A stretch of 13,105 bases of DNA from Pseudobacteriovorax sp. (lineage in GTDB: Bacteria > Bdellovibrionota_B > Oligoflexia > Oligoflexales > Oligoflexaceae), in the NCBI GenBank assembly GCA_050293845.1, contig JBNKNM010000158.1:1-13105 (forward strand), written 5' to 3'. Positions 1 through 7,151 of this stretch are shown piece by piece. A program made the position numbers and the translations under genes. A model generated the notes under the pieces. The model ran no database searches, was not told the origin of the DNA, and saw nothing but the letters and a program-made list of their open reading frames with translations. Each line of letters opens with the position of its first letter. The first letter of the stretch is position 1.

Positions 1-643
1 CGCCTTTTTCATCGTGAAAAATATCCTTGTTTTCCGTTAGAATCCTATTTATTTGACCAACTGATATGTCGACGCCAAGCTCCTGTAGCTGCTCATAAAT
101 CAGGGGCTGTGTCACTTGACAATGGTGGTATTGATACAGTATAAATCGGCATAGATCGTTACCGAACGAATCTTGTGAAACGCCTTTCGGTATTTGTGCT
201 GAAATCAGTTCTCCCGATGGAGATTCCCACTCCTCGAGAACGTATCTGGTATTAAACGATTTGAGAACGAGATTTTGGATCACCACTCGACGTGTACGCT
301 TCAGTTTAGAGCCTTCCGGTAGATCAGGGGGTGTAATAACTTTAGTATCGTCCACTCGCAACTGAGACTTTTTTTTTCTTTTGGTGGATCCAGGACGCTT
401 GCCAAGATCATTACTATCTCGGGACTTCGATTTTTTATTACTTTTTTTGCCAAACTTAGGCCTGTTCGGTGATTTTTTTAACGCGGCAATCTCATCTTTT
501 AACGCCTGAATCTGCTCCTTTAATGCTCGGATGGCCTCATGTTGCTCATCTATGACTTGATCCCGCTCCTCAATCTTGCGAAGCAAAGAATCCACAAGGG
601 GAGTCCGGTTTATCTCGGTAATTTCGATGATTTTAGATGACAT
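1..643 (-). CDS. IS66-family (single-ORF type) transposase, 5' part; runs off the left window edge
   Basis: Not in the ORF track because it is open-ended. ATG at 643-641, no stop found to position 2. Translation: MSSKIIEITEINRTPLVDSLLRKIEERDQVIDEQHEAIRALKEQIQALKDEIAALKKSPNRPKF... (coiled coil) ...KRPGSTKRKKK...PPDLPEGSKLK...YVLEEWESPSGE...FILYQYHHCQVTQPLIYEQLQELGVDISVGQINRILTENKDIFHDEK. The leucine zipper and the 'GVDIS.GQINRIL' HTH are typical of IS66 TnpC. Confidence 0.85.
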   Translation of the reverse strand, partial: MSSKIIEITEINRTPLVDSLLRKIEERDQVIDEQHEAIRALKEQIQALKDEIAALKKSPNRPKFGKKSNKKSKSRDSNDLGKRPGSTKRKKKSQLRVDDTKVITPPDLPEGSKLKRTRRVVIQNLVLKSFNTRYVLEEWESPSGELISAQIPKGVSQDSFGNDLCRFILYQYHHCQVTQPLIYEQLQELGVDISVGQINRILTENKDIFHDEKG

Positions 644-692
644 TTGCTAATTGCAGCACAAATCGCCGAATTGCGCAATAATTTTCCGTCGA

Positions 693-706
693 TATTGAGA
701 AGTTAC
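693..706 (-). repeat. Putative left terminal inverted repeat of the IS66-type element (GTAACTTCTCAATA)
   Basis: GTAA-start motif just upstream of the transposase. The partner repeat is not visible, so the length is uncertain. Confidence 0.6.
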
Positions 707-1278
707 CTTTCGTTTGATAGCTAATAGCTATCGCTTTCTGTTTGACAGCTAGGCAACAGCTATATTGCAGTTATGGGTGAAGGATGACCCAAAAATGCTT
801 TTAGTCTACTAGCCAAAATCTCTATACCTGAAAAGGTAGGAGATGAAATCTGAGTTCTAAAGAATTCAATACTCTTTTTTTTGTTATAATCGGAGATACT
901 ATGGAGATTGATCTTTTGGCGTGGTGCAGCTAGGTTGTAAAGGAAGACTTGTGCTTTCTGGCGTAACCAGTGAAGCTCATCTTGCAAACTCTTCCTATGC
1001 CCCAGACTATATGGTACCTTCCGCGAAGGAAATTACCGAGCAAATACTAGAGAAGCCTCTTGCGATCTAGCAGCTGTCTTGCGGCAGTACAATCTCACAA
1101 ATAATCTTTTAGCATCTAACAAAACCATCAGCACTGTTTACTATACTCCCGCAGCTCTGAGCTATAGTCTAGGTTGCTATAGTAAATCCATAAGGGAAGA
1201 GGCTCACCACAGCGATACTAGCTTTGATTTTGAGCATTTTACAGAGCTTGAACGCAATCCATAAGAATCGGTTGCACC

Positions 1279-2568
1279 TCAAAAGAACTGCTGAACACCA
1301 AAGCTAATTCTCTCGGGATCTGACTTTTGTAATGGGTAGGCAACGTCGAGCCGTCCTACCAGACGATAGATTTTAGGTACAATGAATCGTAGACCGCCTC
1401 CCACGCTACTGGCATCCAAGGCTCCAAATGATCTATTTTTTCCACCAAGGTTGAGAGCATCATAAAAGCTAATGCCTTGTAGAACGAAATCTTTCGACTG
1501 ATATAGGGAGTGTCGGAATTCGTTATTGATGAGAAAGAATTGATCTGTCTTGAAGCGTTTGTCTGTATAGCCTCGAATGCGATCTAAGCCTCCCAGATAG
1601 TACAGGTGCTGATCGGAAATCATATTGTTTTTTCCAGCAATAAACCTTCCGGCAACGGAGCTGCGTTCGCTAATTGGCATTGCACCTACCAGGGTTAGAT
1701 CATGTTGATTTTTAATTTTAGAAGTTTCTCCTAGCTCCACCTGACCAATATGGAACTCGTAATTCGCCTGCCAACCACTAACTCGAAATTCGTTATAGTG
1801 AAGCTCCCCTAACTGGGATTTCAAGACAATCTCATCTGCTTGGGAATCAACAGGGATGGGCATTCCCTCTCTGGTCACAGCAACTTCGTCCGAAATCAGA
1901 TCCAAGGAATGGCTATCGTTGTAGTGAGTGTAATTGGCCCCTATTTTTAAGGCGTCCGTAATCTGATAGTCGAAGCCTACTAGCAATTGTTGTCGTTTCT
2001 GCAGAAAACCATCATAAATTTCTAGACTATCGGATTCTTGGTCATAGAGGGTACGCAGCCGGTTGATACTCCAAAACTGGGCTTCTATCGTAATTGGTTG
2101 ATTCATAAACCGAGGTTTTTTAAGCCAAAGGACCCCGGAATTGGTATCTCCCAGTCTTTCAACCTGGCCACCGGCTTCAATGTATCGCCCACCGATATTG
2201 GGATCGTAAAGTCCAGCTATGATTTGATTCACACCACCCCCAGAGGAAAATTTAAAAATAGGAATGGTGGTCCAACGGTCTTTGGCTTGGACGTTGAGAA
2301 CCCTTGTATCCTGACGGTTGGAGGCCACAACATTGTGCTTCACATCGGTGAAGAGGCGGGTATTTTGGAGGCGTTGGATACCTCTTTTGATGAGTTTATG
2401 ATTGACTGTTTCTCCAGGCATGAATCCCAGTATATCTAGAATAATGTCTTTGTCTGTCTTATCTAACCCTACTATCTGGACATCGGAAATCTCAAATTGT
2501 TTTGAGACGTCCTCTGCCATTAATGATGTCCCGGTAAGTAATGATGCTGCAATGATCAAGGCGTTCAT
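1279..2568 (-). CDS. Omp85 superfamily (BamA/TamA-like) outer-membrane protein with a single POTRA domain
   Basis: Signal peptide (MNALIIAASLLTGTSLMA). POTRA-like segment ISDVQIVGLDKTDKDIILD...IQRLQNTRLFTDV...LNVQAKDRW. Loop-6 motif YYLGGLDRIRGY, late barrel strands SVGGGLRF / GRLDVAYP, and C-terminal ISFGVQQFF. Strong SD AAGGAGG upstream. Confidence 0.88.
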   Translation of the reverse strand: MNALIIAASLLTGTSLMAEDVSKQFEISDVQIVGLDKTDKDIILDILGFMPGETVNHKLIKRGIQRLQNTRLFTDVKHNVVASNRQDTRVLNVQAKDRWTTIPIFKFSSGGGVNQIIAGLYDPNIGGRYIEAGGQVERLGDTNSGVLWLKKPRFMNQPITIEAQFWSINRLRTLYDQESDSLEIYDGFLQKRQQLLVGFDYQITDALKIGANYTHYNDSHSLDLISDEVAVTREGMPIPVDSQADEIVLKSQLGELHYNEFRVSGWQANYEFHIGQVELGETSKIKNQHDLTLVGAMPISERSSVAGRFIAGKNNMISDQHLYYLGGLDRIRGYTDKRFKTDQFFLINNEFRHSLYQSKDFVLQGISFYDALNLGGKNRSFGALDASSVGGGLRFIVPKIYRLVGRLDVAYPLQKSDPERISFGVQQFF

Positions 2569-2774
2569 AGAATCTCCTCCTTGCTGAATAGTTCGCTACT
2601 AACTTCTGTATGGTCACAAGATACGGTAATTTTTTTCAGCAAGCTCTTATGAGTAAATATAGGGGTTTATAGATATTTAGTAGGTATGAGGGGAATTACT
2701 TAAGTGAATTTCTAATTAACCCTTTGACCTTGCAACTTTTACTCGAAGTAACTGATATCTATTTATATTTCGAT

Positions 2775-3045
2775 CTATTTCTTGCGTGATTTCAAAGAGC
2801 GGAATGCACTTATCAAATCATCATATCTTTTAGCGGTATTGCGAATATCAGAAGCCTCAGTATCCTGATGGCCAGATAACGAGTGGGCTTACCGTGTTAG
2901 CTTCATGCAGATGCTGCAAGGTGTCTTCCAGACTCTGCTTGGTCTCGGGTCGCAGCGAGGGTAGCGTTGCAAAATTTTGTAAAGATGCAGTAATATCCTT
3001 TATAGGACGACTAGGAGTTTTAAAACCCATTATAGGCTTTGTCAT
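2775..3045 (-). pseudogene. Possible frameshifted small hypothetical gene (~89 aa if joined)
   Basis: ORF 3045-2857 overlaps a +1 frame that is open from 2888 to a TAG at 2777-2775 (AHSLSGHQDTEASDIRNTAKRYDDLISAFRSLKSRKK*). Removing one base near 2889 gives a continuous, helical-looking protein. No family recognised. Confidence 0.35.
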
Positions 3046-3509
3046 TAGTAGAAATTCACACCTATTAGTTTTCCCCCATAGCTAACTTTGCCGCAAAGAT
3101 TGTGAATGGAGATTTCTGAGTTACTTTTTAATCATCTGATTTTCAAAACCAATTTTCTATGAGTTGTAATAACTATCATGATATTTGGCGATCATACCCT
3201 TACAATTTATGGATTTTCCTGATCAGAAATTTAAAACCAAATTTGTAAAAAAACCTTCTATTAGTGACCAATTACATTGTATACCCTGATTCTAAAAAAG
3301 ATTAAAATTTAAACCACAAAAAGCATAGCAACGTTATGTCGAAGTTAGCAATATTAGTACAAACGCGATGGAATTTTTTCCTTTTTTATTGCTATCGAAA
3401 ATATTTGAAGGCATATTTTCCTACATCAATCAATCTACCTGCGGAGTGCCAACAGCTAGGAATACTACTGTTCGGTTGTTGTGGTTAACGGGGTGTCTTG
3501 GAAACGGAT

Positions 3510-3523
3510 CGCGACCGCTTTCA
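3510..3523. promoter_or_regulatory. Putative LacI-family-type operator, copy 1 (CGCGACCGCTTTCA)
   Basis: Fits xGNNANCGNTNNCA. Near-identical copy at 5759-5772 and related copy at 3690-3703. Confidence 0.45.
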
Positions 3524-3689
3524 TCACCACGAACTAGACCCAAGCCTGACGGTAACCGTTAATGTCCTAGCCATGGCATTGTCGTTGGTCGACTGCTACG
3601 ACCACCAGCTTACAAAGAAGTCGTGTTTTGGGGAATCCGTAGAGTCCTCTCACACGATAAAGGGAGGGGAATGTTGGTGGTTTTACAAA

Positions 3690-3703
3690 CGAGACCGGTG
3701 TCG
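3690..3703. promoter_or_regulatory. Putative LacI-family-type operator, copy 2 (CGAGACCGGTGTCG)
   Basis: 12/14 palindromic with central CG, 80 bp upstream of the GH6 start. Shares CGxGACCGxTxTC with the other two copies. Confidence 0.45.
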
Positions 3704-3765
3704 GCTTGTCTCGGCTATGAAAGCTCGGGCGAGGCATCGTGTTACGTTGCACGTGGCTTGCTCTT

Positions 3766-3772
3766 AAGGAGG
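3766..3772 (+). promoter_or_regulatory. Shine-Dalgarno of the GH6 gene (AAGGAGG)
   Basis: TAAGGAGGAGATCAAATA precedes the ATG at 3783. Confidence 0.85.
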
Positions 3773-3782
3773 AGATCAAATA

Positions 3783-5717
3783 ATGAAAAGTGGAAAACAT
3801 TTGCTAACAATTTTGTGCGCTGTCGCTGCATTCGGGTGCGAGGACGTGGCTGACCTAGGTTCCCATGTCACCGCTGTAGAAATGTCTCGGGTCGATAATC
3901 CATACGTTGGAGCCACAGGCTATGTGAATCCGGAATGGAAAGCCAACGCTGAAGCCGAACCGGGTGGCAGTCGCATCTCCAACAACCCCACCGGTGTGTG
4001 GCTCGACCGCATCGCTGCCATCGAGGGTGGCGAAGATAAAATGGGCTTACGTGACCACCTTGACGAAGCGATCACACAGGGCGCCGGATACATCCAGATC
4101 GTGATTTACAACCTGCCAGGTCGTGACTGTGCCGCGCTTGCCTCCAACGGCGAACTTGGGCCGACCGAGATCGACCGCTATAAGTCTGAATACATCGATC
4201 CGATCGCAGCGATCATGGCTGACCCTGCTTATGCCGAGCTCCGGATCATCAACGTCATCGAGATCGACTCGTTGCCGAATTTAATTACCAATGTAAGTGG
4301 CCGTGCAGGGCAAACCGAAATGTGCGACATCATGCTATCTAACGGCAACTACATTACTGGTATTCAGTATGCGCTCAGCCAGCTCGGGGCGCTGCCGAAC
4401 ACCTACAATTACGTCGATGCAGGACACCACGGCTGGATCGGTTGGGACAGTAATTTCGATCCTTCTGCGGACTTGATCGCGGAGACGATTCTGGGTGCCG
4501 AGGGTGGCGCGAACACAGTGACCGGCTTTATCGTCAATACTGCCAATTACTCAGCCCTTGTCGAACCGCACTTCACGATCAACACCAGTGTCAACGGTAC
4601 CTCAGTACGACAATCAGACTGGGTTGATTGGAACTACTATGTTGACGAGGAAAGTTTTGCGAGCGCGTTTGGTCAGGCCATGAGCAGCCGCCTTGGCAAG
4701 ACAGTGGGCATGCTGGTTGACACCTCGCGTAACGGTTGGGGCGGCCCCGCCCGACCCACCAGCGCTAGCACTTCGAACGACCTGAACACCTATGTGAACG
4801 ATTCCCGCATTGATCGGCGCATCAATTCTGGCAATTGGTGTAATCAGGCCGGTGCTGGCCTTGGTGAGCAACCACAGGTCGTCGGCACCAACGGCATCCA
4901 CGCTTACGTTTGGATTAAGCCACCTGGAGAGTCGGACGGTGCCAGCAGCGAAATCCCTAACGATGAGGGCAAGGGCTTCGATCGAATGTGTGACCCCACC
5001 TACCAGGGCAATGCCCGTAACGGCAACAGCATGAGTGGCGCATTGTCCGATGCTCCGGTCTCCGGCCATTGGTTCTCAGCACAGTTCCAGGAGCTTATGG
5101 CGAACGCCTATCCGCCGCTCGGGGACAACCCAGATGGTGGCAATTGTACCACGGTTCCCAGCGTGCCCAGCGGCCTCACGGCCACCGCGGCCTCCTCAAG
5201 TGCTATCAACCTCAGCTGGTCCTCCGTGGTACCGCCGGCCGGATGCTTAGTCAGATACAATGTGTACCGCAGCACGATCAACGGCTTCACGCCATCCTCG
5301 AGCAACCTCGTGGCCACCGGTTTAACTAGCAGCTCATATACCAGTAGCGGCCTCAGTGAGTCCACTACCTACTACTTCCGTGTCGAGGCCGTAGATGCTG
5401 CTGGATCATCAGTTCCTTCGGCTCAAGCCACCGCCACCACCGAGGAGGGCAACTCGAACACGGCGCCTTGCGATAACCCAATCACGATGACCAATGGTCA
5501 GAGTGGCAATCTTAACACAGTCGGTGCTGTCTGCCTGCGTACCTCGCATAATATCTCTGGCTGGGGGTGTTCTAATTTCGACGGTCGTACCATTGCGGTC
5601 AACAACGTTGCCGTACAGTGCGGACAGATGCCTCTACCGTCTAAAGCGGCGGATGGCTACTACTACTTCGCCGTATCAGGTGGCTCCTTCCCGTGGGCAT
5701 CATTGTACTACTGGTAG
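3783..5717 (+). CDS. GH6 cellulase (cellobiohydrolase, Cel6B/CbhA-like), predicted lipoprotein; GH6 + FN3 + C-terminal putative carbohydrate-binding module
   Basis: GH6 motifs: VWLDRIA, VIYNLPGRDCAALASNGE, IEIDSLPNLITN (catalytic acid Asp), YVDAGHHGWIGW, VDTSRNG, WCN, WIKPPGESDG, DRMCDP, GHWFSAQFQELMANAYP. Long bacterial exo-type loops. FN3 segment PSVPSGLTATAASSSAINLSW...YNVYRS...GLSESTTYYFRVEAVDAAG (~5154-5441). Lipobox AAFG-C19. Confidence 0.95.
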   Translation: MKSGKHLLTILCAVAAFGCEDVADLGSHVTAVEMSRVDNPYVGATGYVNPEWKANAEAEPGGSRISNNPTGVWLDRIAAIEGGEDKMGLRDHLDEAITQGAGYIQIVIYNLPGRDCAALASNGELGPTEIDRYKSEYIDPIAAIMADPAYAELRIINVIEIDSLPNLITNVSGRAGQTEMCDIMLSNGNYITGIQYALSQLGALPNTYNYVDAGHHGWIGWDSNFDPSADLIAETILGAEGGANTVTGFIVNTANYSALVEPHFTINTSVNGTSVRQSDWVDWNYYVDEESFASAFGQAMSSRLGKTVGMLVDTSRNGWGGPARPTSASTSNDLNTYVNDSRIDRRINSGNWCNQAGAGLGEQPQVVGTNGIHAYVWIKPPGESDGASSEIPNDEGKGFDRMCDPTYQGNARNGNSMSGALSDAPVSGHWFSAQFQELMANAYPPLGDNPDGGNCTTVPSVPSGLTATAASSSAINLSWSSVVPPAGCLVRYNVYRSTINGFTPSSSNLVATGLTSSSYTSSGLSESTTYYFRVEAVDAAGSSVPSAQATATTEEGNSNTAPCDNPITMTNGQSGNLNTVGAVCLRTSHNISGWGCSNFDGRTIAVNNVAVQCGQMPLPSKAADGYYYFAVSGGSFPWASLYYW

Positions 5718-5730
5718 GTCGGCAGTGATC

Positions 5731-5783
5731 GGCAGTCCACGTCAGCTCAGATCGCGTGCGCGACCGCTGTCAGTGTGGCTGCT
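5731..5783 (+). terminator. Long irregular GC-rich stem-loop just after the GH6 stop (terminator or 3' stabiliser candidate)
   Basis: Nested pairings GGCAGTC/GGCTGCT, CAC/GTG, CAGC/GCTG and TCGC/GCGA. No immediate U-tract. Confidence 0.4.
5759..5772. promoter_or_regulatory. Putative LacI-family-type operator, copy 3 (CGCGACCGCTGTCA)
   Basis: 13/14 identical to 3510-3523. Confidence 0.4.
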
Positions 5784-5851
5784 AGAGTCCCAGCGAGCTT
5801 TGTTTACGATACGCTTACTTCTATAGCTTTAATTTTGACTTTGATTGGAGG

Positions 5852-6539
5852 CTATGCGTAAGCGTCACAAGCTCCTAGCGAGCACTTGACAATAGTTTTG
5901 CTAGCAAGCTTGTTAAATTTAGACGTTTTGGGGGAGAAGGGTCTTGATCTCATCGAGTGTCTCCATGTTAGGTTGAGCAGAATTATCTTTGCTAGGTAGG
6001 TGTGAAGCTCGATTTTATATTTATAAGAAGTTAGTTCAAACTTGCGTTTTCCCAGTTGGATACTTGGTGTGCGTTTAAAATTTGGCTTAGAAGCCTGATA
6101 CAAATAATCATCGTAATTTATCGTTAACTTTTAACCTTTTTTGTTTATAACGTAGCTTTGTATCTTCGAGCATAATTAGAGACTCAAGAAGATGTTCAAA
6201 TTTGATTTTAGCAAGTTCAGTTCCCTTTTTAAAAACAAAGGCAAGGTCCATCGGGCAACCCATATAAGAGTTGCCTTCTCCTTTGAGTTGGTCATTTTTT
6301 CCTCTAGGATAGTCATGAGATGTAAAACATACGGCCGAATACCACAATGATCGATCGTCTCTACTGAGCATAACAATGTCGTACAAGATGCAATACAAGT
6401 CGGTTAAGTAAGGGTCATTGCTTGCTCGAGAATCTAGTCGCAACTCTTCACGAATATTTGGTAATGATTCGAAAAATACATGTACAACGCAGAAATAAAC
6501 ATTATCTGAAACTTGTCCTTCAAACAGGTTCTTTCGCCC
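5852..6539 (-). pseudogene. Probable frameshifted continuation of the 7020-6520 gene (segments 6539-6108 and 6130-5852)
   Basis: The frame of ORF 6108-6443 is open up to 6539 (GRKNLFEGQVSDNVYFCVVHVFFESLPNIREELRLD...). The frame of ORF 5852-6103 is open up to 6130 (KLTINYDDYLYQASK...). Each overlaps the previous frame by ~20 nt, and neither has an ATG with an SD near its 5' end. Confidence 0.45.
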
Positions 6540-7020
6540 TTATTCTTAAATCATCTATTATGGAAGTGTATTTGCAACCAATGGTCGTGAAATATTGCAA
6601 ACAGTTTTCAATGGGACTTATTTCTTTTTCACATAGCTGTCCATCTTCTTCTAATATTCCTGTAATCTCTGAAATTAGCTCATTTTGCAAGTTTGAAACT
6701 TCTGTCAATATATCTGTCAGAATCTTTCTTTGATCACTGTCTAATTTTGTGACTCCTAAGTTTTGAACAGAATGGAGGCATAATGAAACGTAGCCCGGTA
6801 TTCCTCTTGATATATTTTGAAATTGACCCGTTTTAAAGAAACTCATTAGCATATGATAGAGGTGATAAGTAAAGTCAAAATCATAAGCTTTGATCCCAAT
6901 AAATTCTTTCTGAAAGTCACCAGTAGGTTTGCCCACCTGGTTGGTATTAGTATAGTTGACAAGCCAGAAATTAGCTTCTGGGAAATTGGTGCGTATTTCT
7001 GCGATATCTGATAAAATCAT
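6520..7020 (-). CDS. Hypothetical protein; N-terminus resembles a small type I R-M specificity (TRD)-like family; probably the 5' part of a longer frameshifted gene
   Basis: SD TAAGGAG 6 nt before the ATG. The N-terminus MILSDIAEIRTNFPEANFWLV...VGKPTGDFQKEFIGIK...YHLYHMLM..F..G.FQNISRG matches my recollection of a small phage/mobile 'L..IA.I.TNF.DADFW....VG.P...F..EHIGIK' family with HsdS-like features. Confidence 0.55.
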   Translation of the reverse strand: MILSDIAEIRTNFPEANFWLVNYTNTNQVGKPTGDFQKEFIGIKAYDFDFTYHLYHMLMSFFKTGQFQNISRGIPGYVSLCLHSVQNLGVTKLDSDQRKILTDILTEVSNLQNELISEITGILEEDGQLCEKEISPIENCLQYFTTIGCKYTSIIDDLRIRAKEPV

Positions 7021-7106
7021 TGTGGGCTCCTTATTCAGATCTTGGCCTAGAGATTGCGAATAAAATAATCGCTATTCTTATAGTCATATTTGAGAGATAT
7101 TTTTTA

Positions 7107-7151
7107 CTAATTACCTTTAATCATCTCCCTTAGAGCAATATAACTTGACAT
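7107..7151 (-). CDS. 14-aa small ORF (MSSYIALREMIKGN) with a perfect SD
   Basis: AAGGAGG at 7164-7158, 6-nt spacer, ATG at 7151-7149, then TAG TAA stops. Confidence 0.3.
   Translation of the reverse strand: MSSYIALREMIKGN

Larger units (their letters stand above)
1..706 (-). mobile_element. IS66-family insertion sequence, left portion
   Basis: The minus strand reads GTAACTTCTCAATATCGACGG from position 706, and IS66-family ends begin with GTAA. The transposase start is about 60 bp inside. The other end is outside the window. Confidence 0.7.

Noticed and set aside
760..1264. ORFs 760-987 (-) and 1079-1264 (+); faint resemblance to a decayed GTPase
   Set aside because: No SD, non-ATG starts, multiple stops and no G1/G3/G4 motifs. 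It may be degraded coding DNA but cannot be assigned.
2038..2587. Plus-strand ORFs antisense to Omp85
   Set aside because: Shadow ORFs of a well-supported gene.
3574..3589. Sigma-54-like element upstream of GH6 (TGGCATTGTCGTTGGT)
   Set aside because: Spacing is right but the -12 element is TTGG rather than TTGC, and there is no supporting evidence.
3368..3853. Four short overlapping ORFs upstream of GH6
   Set aside because: They overlap each other, have no recognisable motifs and are better explained as a regulatory leader.
4614..5826. Alternative-frame and antisense ORFs within GH6
   Set aside because: Expected in GC-rich coding DNA, with no independent coding signal.
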